64,000 nucleotides of DNA from assembly GCA_965235115.1 (NCBI GenBank), contig OZ249443.1:14694001-14758000 (forward strand), read 5' to 3'. The DNA comes from Laetmonice hystrix (lineage: Eukaryota). This document shows, piece after piece, positions 38,597 to 50,937 of this stretch (position 1 is the stretch's first letter; every line of letters starts with the position of its first letter). Both the position numbers and the translations under genes were made by a program. The notes beneath the pieces are model-generated. The model saw nothing but the letters and a program-made list of their open reading frames with translations. It had not been told where the DNA came from and made no database searches.

Positions 38597-41500
38597 TCGA
38601 GCGCGATAAAGGCACCGTTCCTGCCAGTCAGGGCGCCAATTAAAGGCGGCACACTCGTGGTGGGACGATAACGAAAATTCGGAGACTGAATTTTTTGATG
38701 TAAATTTATCCAGCGCCTATACAGATTATAAATACAATACAGACCACATTAAGGTATACAAGGAAATTAAACTAATTTGCCTTCTTCTTTCTTTGTAAGG
38801 TTTTCACAAAGATACAAAAATTCTGTTGGCCAACATTGGATATTTACTAACATTTCTATCACACTCTGTGAACTATCAGATGTATATAAACACTTTGAAC
38901 TACCACTTAGATACACCTTTTATTTCTCTTCTTTTTCCTTGTAGTTTTTTCTCTATATGAATGACAAAAATAAAGTCATTTAAATGAGTTTTTGTGGCAG
39001 CCTGATGCTGTCGTCTGTGTGATAATGGGTTTTTGTCTGTCTAAAGTCATGATTTTTGATTAAGTTCTCCCCGTCAAAAGGACGTGTTTGTGTGAGTACC
39101 TAACAAGCTCTAGATTGGGGTTTGAAGGCCGCACACAGTGGGGTGTAGAGTGGCCCATGGGGTGACCAAATAACCCCCTCAGCGGGGGCACCAGCCGCGA
39201 CCCCCGCCTCGGCCCGCGTCAGCGTTGCACAATTTGCAATAACACCAAGTACAATAGGTTAGTTTTTGAGGACAATGAGTTGTCATGACAATAGGTGGTA
39301 TATTGGGGTCGGGGTCGGGGTCAGAGGGGTTTGATGGCAACGACCGGCGGCTGTCCAGTTGAGGGTTATTCCTATTACCCCGACAACCATCCTCCGTTTG
39401 GGGTTATTGCTAGTAACCCCAAACACTTTCAAAGGCTGGTATAACGTTCTCAAATCATGGCAGACAACCCGATACCCTGGAATCATTCGGTACGATCACA
39501 CACGGCTTTCTATAGGATTCTCATTAAAATTGGCACAATTAAAACACACATCTAACTACAAGGATGGGTATAATATATATTTATGGCTCATTAGAATGAG
39601 AATATGCCTAAAACCAACAAAAATAGTTGTAAAAATGTAAGTGAGGTATAGGGCTATGTGTAATTCCGGCCTAATAAAGATGTAGGCCTACATGATTCAC
39701 GTTACTGCGGTTAGTGAAGCCAAACACGACATCTGTTCATACTCTGTGTAAACACTTGAGTTGCATCACCGGTTTATGTTGACACGAATAGTTTCAATAC
39801 GTCAGCTTCATAGTCCGGTATCCTGGATACATCTCTATGGCAACAAAATAAAACCTTGTATACATGAAAAATTCAATCAATTTACTTGGACGGAGGTTGT
39901 TGGGAATTTCCGCGTTCTATTAGTTTTTCATTAACGAATCCATAAATTTCCTAACCTGAGAAAGTGTAACCACATTACTGAATTATTTAACAGATGTTCA
40001 GAAAACACTTACTGCTGCGGTAACCTAGACCGTCGCCATTATCACACAGTACCTCGCGCATGGCTGGTCCTAAATAAAAACACGCGAATTCCTCACACTT
40101 GGTTTTCGTCAGATTTATCGCTGAAAAAGCCCTGCTGTAAATTTCAGCCCTGTCACGTAAAATGAACTCATCACAAGCTAACTTCGTAAATAAAGCTTGC
40201 CCTCTCCGCAACGAGCTACCACTAGCAACACTGCTAGCCTTCAGTAAGCGGAAAACTGGCTGCTCAAAGTTTAGTTCTATCCCCCTCAATGGTTGAGAGA
40301 CATCCTATCCCAACTAACAATTTGTGTCATTGTTATAACAGATTACTTCTACTCACTTAATGCAAGTTTGTCAAACGTTTATGGACCTCTTTTCAACCCG
40401 TTTCAATATTTTAAAAAACTCTCGATTGTGTGATCCAGATCGAACTTAATACTGTTCTATGGCTACATACTGTCACCCTTTTTTATTCTCAGCGATCACA
40501 GTTTATATTCCTGAATTAACTTAAGTTATAACTTATAAAATGTTAATTCTGATCGACAGCGAAAAAAAATCATCTCTTTACATTTATCATCCCTCATAAA
40601 GTCAATGTTCTCTACGAGTTTAACCAAATCTATCCCCTCGATCTCACAAAGGGATGGAACGTTATGCCCGCGGTGGGTAAAGTATCTACCCGGGTGATTG
40701 TGGTTAAAAACCTCAAAGGTTCTAATGGTCTGTAGGTCTACTGGACATAGTTACGTAAGCTCTGTGGTATGTTGCGTGACCCTCCCCGTCAATGTTACCT
40801 TTTAGCGACCGTTGCATGGAACAATCAAAGGCTGAACCGTGGGTGATCACCAAATCTCTGCCATCATCTCTACTATACATGCCCCTCGACCTGGGAGTCC
40901 GCATGCCAGGACAGGCCATTTTGACCACTCCCCATATATACTACAGAATTCCTCGATGTTGATTCAGCCAATTTCCATAAACCACCATCACTAATTGCTC
41001 GACTACACAATACCAGACGTACCAGGTGATCCTTATCGGACGGATTACGACATGCGCACACGCATGCGCATTGACAGGTGAATGTAACCATCAGGTTTGT
41101 CATTCCTTCAGGCGGTCTCTATTGAGAGAGAGGACCTCGGAGATCGTAAAAAGGAAAGGAAAGGTCCTCCTATCTCTGATTATATCTCGAGATGACGATA
41201 TCTTCACCATCTTATCTGCGTGCGATACCTTTGATGGGAGCCACGTCACAATGGGAACGCTCCTACCAAAGCGTCTAGGACCTTACGTTTAATTGACCTT
41301 TGACATGGCCGGGGTGCCGGACGGGGCGTATCGTAGGGTAGAATCTCAAGTCTTCTCAATAAATGGAGAAAATTTGAATTTGATGGCAGCATTGCTCTAT
41401 GCTGTCATTGTACCTTCAAAGGACAAGATCTGGTCAGGAGGTGACATTCCAGCTTGTCCGACAGGCATATCCTATTTTCGATTCTTAAAGGTGGTCTCAT

Positions 41501-41771
41501 TTTCTTACTCTTCCCCTCTTTACTCCTTCTCAATTAACAAAATTATCGTTATCACTAGAGGTGCTGCTTTTATAGATGCACTTGCTGAGGACAAGAACTT
41601 TCATCTACCAACGTATAACCCGGTATTTCCATCTCTACAATTATAGTGATGTATAATAACCATTGAACCATTGTGTGTGTGCCATGACCAATGTCCATCA
41701 TTGCATTCAGTATTTCGGACTGAATTAGAAATTGTATACGTTTTCGTTTCAGTCGGACGTATGACCACTAG

Positions 41772-41861
41772 CAGGGCCCGGTTCCTAAAAGCAGACTAGC
41801 CAATCAGAAGCGTTAAGCCTGAACTTAAGTAAGATCTTAAGATTTCAGGAACCGGGCCCTG
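41772..41861. mobile_element. 90 bp MITE-like element with a perfect 15 bp TIR (18/19 extended)
   Basis: cagggcccggttcct(aaaa) at 41772 and (tttc)aggaaccgggccctg ending at 41861; non-coding AT-rich interior; no identical TSD seen. Confidence 0.75.
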
Positions 41862-44800
41862 ATCTAAATACAGGGCAACTTGTTTAAAAATATAAACGCT
41901 ATACGATTTAGAAGTTGATTCCATTTTGGGATTCGCGAGTGGAAAAACTTTTATCTCCCAACCTTTTAAACATATCCACAAATATCTCTCTATGGCCCTA
42001 AATGCCGGGACAATGTTATCGAGTGACCGGTAGGTTGCCGATCAGCCGACACGCTAACTACCTCCAGACAACGTCATTCTACTGTTGCTGTTGTCCCTGA
42101 CTCCACACCTAATCACCGTGACAAAGTCTGCAGGGTGCAGTAAGGTACGCCAGTATCACATCTACCCATCGCTACCGTATTGTAGTACGGTCCCCCAACG
42201 GGCTCTGTCCATGTAACCTGTCTATATACGCCCACAGTCTTAATGGGGGGAGTCCCATTCAACCACACCAAGTATAAATAGACCTCCCGAACGAGAGGGT
42301 GCTCTTTGATCTACCTTTTAATACTAATGAGATTTGCTCGGTGGGATATGATCTCATGAAACTATCTGTAAATGGTCTTTCAAAAACAGAAGCAGAAGAA
42401 ATTCTAAACTTTGTGAGAAAAAGGAGTGCGAAAGAAAATTTTACTTGCAATATTTGCGTTAATTCTCCTATTTGAAATCCTTACTGACGTATAAACAAAC
42501 ACATGTGTGGAACCCGCGTTGAGTAGTTCAAGAGGTATACCGTTTCAAGGATGGTTAACATCACATAAAGGTGAATACTGCACAAAGAAAAGTGGAAGAA
42601 TTGTATGCCGCGAGATATGATAATAATTATGTTATACATGAACAACTGAAATAACTTATACAAACAATGAAAAGCAATAACCAAGAAGTGAACTGAACTA
42701 AGCTGAACTTATAAAGGGGGCTCGGCCTGGAGGGCCTACAACATTCAATCTATAGGGGTTTAGGGGGTCAGCTAAGGGGTGGGGTGGGAATCACATCAAG
42801 AAAGGGGCTGGGGGGTGGGGGTCAAGAACTCAAAAACGGGTGCCGTGGGACCGTGCATTATGGCAGCTAAGCAAACAACCTCAAAATCTGTGCTGGCTCA
42901 AGTTTACCGACAGATAAACATCTCTGGTATAAACCAGTTCAGTGGAAGTAATTCTCGCCTTGTATTTGGTTCATTCTCCACGATTTCCAACAATACTTCA
43001 TAGTATATAACAGTCCAATTATAAGGTTGTAGGATGAATATAATCAGGAGATCTGGTTTAATTAAGTACTCCAGGACAGCAGTCTGGATTTGTATCGCTC
43101 CCACCATCACGGACACGTGTGAGTCCTTTATAAAAGGGAATTCTCCTATCTTTCCGCAATTTTAAAATAGCGCGCACTCAATGCAACACCCATTAATTGA
43201 TTAATTATAGAAGAGTTAACATCTCTATTCTATCAAATGAAGCACTCAGGGACAACAGGGCATTTCTTACACCGCGCTCTTATAGACATCCACACGCCAA
43301 ACAATGGCTGCCTTTAAAACGTACTACAACCACTTCAGTACACTTAGTCTAACCGGCCTTACTGTCACATAACTCCTCACCCTCATAACAACCATTATAC
43401 ACTTAACGTTAGTCAATCAATGGTAATAACTCAAGATCAAATTAAACCTCAGTTTGTAATAATTCAAGCGACTACAGTCAATTTAAAATCATAAGTGATA
43501 TTTGCCAGTTCTTGCCAGACCTTTTATATATCATTTTGTTAATGAACAATAGATTTCAAAATATTAACACATGCTACTGAGGGTAAAAGCCAACCACTTA
43601 ATATGCCAATATCAGATTCCCATGCTATACCAAGTTTGAAAACCATGCGATTTATGACATTAATAAGTGCCAGTAAATGACACCAACAGAAACCCATCAC
43701 CCCTCTTCAACCCCAAACACTCCACCCCTTCCTGCAACCCTAGAGATAATTGCCATCTTCCACGTCCCCATCCATCTCTCCACACAAAAGGCCCTTACAC
43801 ATGCTCAGGTAACAAAACATCATTGATATCTGAGTCGTGAATGTTTGGAGCGGCCTGGGTTTTTTCATCCTAGGTGGGCTTTCCGCCAAGGTTACCCTGT
43901 CATCAAATTAGCACGCCTTATTGGACAGCCGGCCACTGTCTCCACAACCCCGGACAGCCCGGGGTAAAACCCCTTGTAAAGCCGCGGCCACTCCCCTGTA
44001 CCCCCGGAGTAAAACCTTCACAGGGTGACCTTGTCATAGAGGGAGGGGCGCGCCGCCCGGTCAAGTCGGGCTTCCCCCACACAAAAGATCTTCTCCTCTG
44101 CCAAGTGAAGCCTAGCTAACATGTGTCTGTAATTTCTGTTCATCCGGAACCCATCTGTTATCTTGGTACGATCTGACCAGTCTGGTGAGGTATGGTTGTA
44201 TACCACAGCTGTCTGGGATCATTTCCTGCTATTCTACACTTGTCAGTCCCCATTTCACAATTTCTATGTCCGATGTTTCCAAAATAAGAAAATATTCCAC
44301 TGAAGGGGAATCCCGACATTCGTATATATTATAATGTCACTACAGAATTTTGATTTAGAGAAACTCGCGAGAAGTATACACTTCGGCCTTTTTGACATTT
44401 TGACGTGTACAAGATAATTTATCTTTTACACAGTAAAAGTCTTCAAAATGTACCTAAAACAACCTCCTGATTTGACTAATGTCAGGCTATAGCGGGAGAT
44501 CTACTCACGTTTTCCTATTGATTCCATGTCCAGGTGGGCGTATATCTCTACCGCTGCATCTATCAGCCAGATCCTCCCCACGAGTCCAGTGTCCAATTGT
44601 TCCTCAAGCTTGCAATATGTCACACTCTAACCATGCGTGCACGCACAAAATAGTTCTAACTCAATGAGAGTTAAGAGAGTGTCCTTATAAGCTAAGTCCA
44701 GTGACCAATGTCATCTTTGATTTGTCCAGGCATGGGATGGTTTCCGTTATAGAAGATCTAGAATAGTTGTTGTCCTGTCAGACGAGAAGTTCGTGTCGTT

Positions 44801-47624
44801 ATCCCCTGACCGCTGTACCACAACTGATGCTGTCAGTGAGCGGTTTCTCCCCTTCTACCGAGATTGTGTTCACAGGCCTCTCAACAACAACGACACACAC
44901 AGACACGCACAATGACACATCCAACACGCGCTGCACACCCGAGCATGTCCGAACGCTGCGGCTCGTCTGCTCTGACGTCACGTCACGCTCGGACGAAGCC
45001 AATGTCGTGCCCGATGCACAGCTGGCGCAAGACACACAGACAGACAGGACTGTCGTATACAGACGACACAAGCCCCCCACCTGTTGAGAACGAACGCTGA
45101 CAGAGGAACGCCATACCCCCATCAGGAGATTTGTACTGATGAGAATAACCTCCTCCTAACTCCTCTTTTCCCCCAGGATTATAATCCTCCCTCATGCATG
45201 CACTTATAATCGCGAATTTTAACTCGCACTCTACCCAGGTGCAATATGGTTGGCTCACGTAATCTGACCACAATGACATACGACCGACCGAACTCTGCAG
45301 GCTTTCAGACTACGACTTCCTTTGCTCGCAAATGTTCTCGACTGAAGACCTTTAGCACGATTCAAATCGCATCTTCCTTTTGTTGGGTGGACCCTTTTAA
45401 AATATGTTTCTAAAGAAGCCACATGTGGTTCATTAATAACTACTTTTCTTCTCTTCTATCTCATGCAGCACTCTTGACAAGATGCAGATGGCGGTAGCAC
45501 TTGCCATGTGTTCTTCAACTAAACTTATATGAACGTTCTTCAAATATTTCAAGGGATACCGACTATATGTTTTACTAACGGTGGTGAAAAGAGAGATATT
45601 TTAGAACGAAACGGAAGGGAAGAGTTTCAATCGCAGTTGTTCGTCTCTGAGTTTTGTGAAATGAGGAACCAATGTTGAACCGCTTCTAGAATTCAGGGTC
45701 ACTCAGCCCAACTCCTTATCAAAATAACTGCTGAAATCAAAGGTGGTAAATAGAGTTTATCTTATCTATAAATATACTTTATCTTATCTATAGTTATAAT
45801 TGAACAGAAGCCAACGAGATAATAATCTCCTCCGGAGGCCTCACAATTTATATTTTACCCTCAAACAGACGTCTCCAGCGTCTTAAAGTTGACAAAAAGT
45901 GACATAAGAATAACCCCCGGCCATAAGTCAGCCATACATCTGCTGAGAACGAGACGGGCGCAGGCCAAGGATTGGCCCAGGTTGCATTTTTTTCTTTCAA
46001 GTCAAGTAAATTAATCTTACGTAAAACCAAAGTACCGTGGAGTTGTACCATGCAGTCGGTAACTTTCATGAGCCGCTCTATCAACAGGAAGCTATACGTG
46101 TAAAAGTTTCCCCCGTCGCCAATATCAGGCGATGGCCACATAGCATCTATAGCATTACGCCTTTATGTTTTGCAAGTTTTCAAGTTTTTTTCCCCAATGA
46201 AAATCAGCCGCCATGAAATCGTAAGATAAGAAATCAAAACGGAACAATATTCCTGACAAAAAATTATCTTACAGGTGCGAAACTTGTCGCGAACAGCCAA
46301 TAAGTCTCACCTCATTGGTCAGATCTTCCGTGTCGGCAACACCTGGGTACGGTAGGAACTTAATGCCTGTTTTTAGAGGAACCCAAATTAAAAACGCTTT
46401 CTTGTCGTCCGGTGATGTCGGCTTCTCACCTATCAATCAATGGACTCTTACCTTTTCATGTGAAGGAGTCTCACTGCCAGTTATGCTTCACCGATCGTTA
46501 ACGTGTTCACTCATCTGTGACCGTGGTGTCTTCCCGACTGCGTCCTGCAAGAGTCCATATGGTCGCTAAAGTCACAGCCTCCAACAATCATATAGACACA
46601 TGGCGATAATTCTCATAATATACAACATGGCCGTACAAAAACTAACAAGGGTGGAAAACAGAAGGAAGGTCCTCCCCCTTCCTCTCCCGACACCGTCAGG
46701 TTGTCAAGGATACCAGCATGACGCCGCCAGATCTGACAAGATGGCTCCAACGGTTCGCATTAAATATTCATCTGGGAATGTGCTGCCGCACAGAATGGTG
46801 CGACACCTTAATGATCAGATGTAGAGGTGTGAAAGACGTGAAAGGCTGGCAGAGACCGACAAAAAGGAACTAGATTATGGTCCTTAGTCACTAAATGGTG
46901 ACAGTGAGACAGTCAGCGTCTCTGCAATTGCTTCCTCTTCCCATGAGAAAGTTTCCCCATCTTCATTCAAACAGGAGAAAAGGAGCAAGAGAACAAAGTA
47001 GAGAAAACGAAGAAGTTACCTTTTTCAATTGCTCTTGTTACTTTGGAAGAAACGTTTTAGACTGAGAAAGAAGGAAAGTTCCAAGATATCATACTATCAG
47101 AAACATGCAGTGATAAACAATGAACTCAAGGCAAACTCTGTACTTTCTACACATGCACAACAATTTTAACGTTTCCTATATAGTGCATCACCAAATTATT
47201 TACCCATACCGCACCGGAGAACACTGGCTACTTTAACAGATTTAACTCAAGCATGCATTAATTTAAAATGAGCAATGCCTCAACAGAACCAATTACCTCG
47301 CTATAGTTATCTTCTTCTGTTCCCTGCCGTTACAGCGATACTGTAAGCCCTCCCCCAGCCTAACCGCTACTGTAAGTTCTCTCTCATACCCACGCTCTGC
47401 ATATAATTTCACGCCTGATACAACCAAAGGAGCAGTAACCCTAATGGCTTAAAGTTAATCTTGTTATCTAACCACTTACCCCTATAATCCTGGGTGAATC
47501 CCTTCACCCCTTATACCCACCTCATTGCCACACCCCTAACCACCCCTAACCCCCTCTGACCGGGGACATATGCGCCGCCAGTAATATATTCACCTGCTTT
47601 TATTCAAGTTAATCCAAACTTTTT

Positions 47625-47776
47625 ATATCAAGGTTTCCCCCAGATGATAGTTTTCCCGCACCATAAGCCTGTATAAATCCAGGTAGTTGATATCAACCTT
47701 GATCTATACCCAAGATGATAGTTTTCCCGCACCATAAGCCTGTATAAATCCAGGTAGTTGATATCAACCTTGATAT
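47625..47776. repeat. 62 bp direct duplication (period 71 bp) bracketed by an 11 bp inverted repeat
   Basis: Identical copies 47642-47703 and 47713-47774, each with the palindrome gttgatatcaac; atatcaaggtt (47625) and aaccttgatat (47766-47776) are reverse complements. Confidence 0.88.
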
Positions 47777-50455
47777 GCAATGATTCTCAACGGTTCCAGA
47801 ATGCAGGACCTGTCTAGTCGTCCGTTGTGAGAAGATTATATTGATTCAAACCCATATTACGGTTCCCGACACCCTTGCATGTCCAGAATATTTTCTAAGT
47901 AGATAGGGTACCAATAGGGTACTAAGAAAGACAACGTTATAAGATGCGGCTTGGTGCCAATCTTACCCTGTACTTTGTGTGTACAAACTTTGCCACACGT
48001 ATGAAGAATCCTAACTCTTCGAGCCTTTATAAATGGTCAACATTTCTGATAGTATACCCATGCCTATAGCAGTTCGCTCGCTGTACCATCAAACTATTGC
48101 TTATATCTGCCACCTCACGACCCACTAGCCTGAAGGTCCATGGAGTCCGTCCATTACATAAGGTCCACCCCAGATATCTACGCTGTAATCCACCGTCAGA
48201 CTGCAGTAACCTTGAGTACCGGTTGTCAGGTGATGGCTCACACCTTGATGGTGGCATGAGTCGGGGTGGGATTAGGGGTGTTCTTTAGGTAAGAAGTTTG
48301 GAACAAGACCCCGTGGGACTAAGTCACAGTGCCTGACACGTATGGCGGGAACGTATGGAGTTTAGTCTAGACAGAGACTTGCCAAAGCTTCTTACATAAA
48401 AAAAGGTCCCAACTTAAAAAGACTTGAGTCGTATTGAATAAGAGATTTAGGGTAGGGACGCTTCCTATAGATCTCATAAGTAATGAAAAATATGTTCCTT
48501 CCCAAAATCTATGTCTGTGTTTCCCACAATACTTAAGGGGTTTGTTGATGAATGCATTATGTAACAATGAAGGGTTTGGTGCAGCGCTTTGGCAGCCGTC
48601 TATGACAGCACAGAGATTAAAACTTCTTATATGGAGAACATGAGATTTGAACAGAAGTCGGAACTTAACTTGACTGTACAATCCATTAGATGAAGGCGTT
48701 CACTGTTTCATGGATAGTTTATGATATCTTAAATGACATTCGTTTAATTTTTAGGGGCTGGGAATGGGTCTCTATAGTAACTCTAATTGTCAGGATCCGT
48801 TTCATTCCTAACTATCTGCCGTTTATCTCTTTATTTCAGTATAGAGATTGGTTCACTGAAACAGTACTTCATAGACTTCATAGTATATCTCTGTGACCGA
48901 AATCCTTGTCTGTGCAGTGAAACAACCGACACAAACCATTGGAAGCATTGGTTTCAACCCTAACATTTCTTATCTCAATATTCACATTATCTATACCTTT
49001 TATGGTAATATTGCCCTGTTAACGTCATGCCATATATCCTCACAGTTAACTTCCATTTACTCTCAACATTTACCTTAACACAAACTATCTCCATAGAAAC
49101 AGTCCCACGCTGTACCACACACGTCAAACCCATTGTCATTCAAAATGTAAGAAAAAAATTAAACCTTTAGTTTATCCAAATACGAAAAAAGTGTTCCCTT
49201 TTTTCTGCCTTTGATGAAAAATGCATGATCAGGTAAGAAAATGGGGCAGTAATAATTAATGTCGTGCTATGAGTCGGTAAACGTGATGGATGCAGGGACC
49301 ACCATCTGTTCAACCTTCTCCCAAACAACAATACCAGAGAACTCGCCGAGCATACGCTGGTGGTACAACCCTACCCCTCACACAGACACAACCCCCAGAA
49401 TCTAGGGGTTAACACCCCCATTAACCCGACCCTGACCACCCTGTAAACCGACACCCCCTCCATGAAGAAACATTGAATGGTGCAAAGGAATTAGGGAACA
49501 TTGGCCTTGGATTGCATTGCATAGGAAAAGAATGGATCAAGTTTAAAGTACAATGTGAATGTAGAAATTCAGGACATGTCAATATAAGCATTTTATGTCC
49601 TTTGTTATACAAATCGGAGCAACAGGGAAAGTTCTATCATGATGACAATAAACTAGACAGATCTGTTCTTTCAAAAAGACATCTGTTACATTTTATTTAC
49701 CAATTGGTATGTCGTATTTACAAAATACGTAAAATTATCTGTTGCATGATCATGAACGTTTTCAATCATTCACAATATCTTCACACCGTCTGACAGCCAA
49801 ACGACTAGAGAGAGTTTCACAGAAGAAAGATCTGAAAATAAGTTCGAGTATTATGTTCAAGCATATCCCGCAACGACTAATGGACAGATGGGTACCCGTC
49901 AGTATTTGAAACATATCCTACACGCCCCTGCAAAATTGAGTAGATTGATTAGTTAAATTCACGTCATTTATGCAGATTTAGTGAATAATCTCAAACGATT
50001 TGAGACAGCCGATGAAGAATTAAAGACGTAATGCTGTCTTGTAGCGGAGTACAGATGACTTGCTCTTAAAGTCGCTTCTAAGGTCTGACGCAGTTCAGAG
50101 TCAACTAAGGAAACCTTTAATAGTGCTGATACCACATATCTGTGGTTAATACCATCACTCACGCTGCCGCTCACCGCAACATGTAGCCGTTTTGTCATGC
50201 AAGCTCGCATTAAATACCGTTTAATTTCCTTTCCATTGCGGTGGCAAGCAAGTGATGTGTGCCAGAAGCACGGTGCCATTGTTGCGGTGTCAAGCGCGGC
50301 CCCTCCCCGAAGTGGCCCGTGTTCCGTAACACAAACTACGCCCGGCCAGGCCGGCCAAGGTGGGACGATACGTAACAAAGGGGCACAACCAACGCTACCG
50401 GCCCGCCGGGGTGACGTGCACGCGCACTGCATGGGGAGCAGTGGGGTGGGGTGGG

Positions 50456-50937
50456 GGTAAATCCCCATGGAAGCACCTCCACGAACCCCTATTCTAACCC
50501 TAACCCCCAGCCCCGGTAGCCACACCCCAACACATCCTTCGAAAACTTTCCCTCATCCTGACCCTAACCCGACCTCCACCACATCCTCCGAAAACTTTCC
50601 CTCATCCTAACCCTAACCCGACCGCCACCACATCCTCCGAAAACTTTCCCTCATCCTAACCCTAACCCGACCTCCACCACATCCTCCGAAAACTTTCCCT
50701 CATCCTAACCCTAACCCGACCTCCACCACATCCTCCGAAAACTTTCCCTCATCCTAACCCTAACCCGACCTCCACCACATCCTCCGAAAACTTTCCCTCA
50801 TCCTAACCCTAACCCGACCTCCACCACATCCTCCGAAAACTTTCCCTCATCCTAACCCTAACCCGACCTCCACCATCCTCCGAAAACTTTCCCTCGTCCT
50901 AACCCTAACCCGACCTCCAATGTCATGGAAACATACC
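50456..50937 (-). mobile_element. Probable relative of the 32.8 kb MITE-like element, opposite orientation, hosting the 49 bp array
   Basis: Reverse complement of 50456-50470 (ccatggggatttacc) matches 32942-32956 (ccacggggatgtacc) 13/15, and both are preceded by ttcgtgg; the other end is degenerate (10/14). Confidence 0.4.
50531..50919. repeat. Minisatellite, 8 copies of a 49 bp unit containing a telomere-like CTAACCCTAACCC seed
   Basis: Unit cacatcctccgaaaactttccctcatcctaaccctaacccgacctccac; copies 3-7 are identical, and copies 1, 2 and 8 carry variants. Confidence 0.98.

Noticed and set aside
40722-41646. Reverse-transcriptase-like YSRDD and a 200-codon frame with one stop (41026-41646)
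   Set aside because: The motif does not match YxDD spacing, no other RT motifs are present, and neither peptide is recognisable.
50531-50919. True telomere or interstitial (TTAGGG)n tract
   Set aside because: Only about two telomeric units per 49 bp monomer, never a continuous tract.
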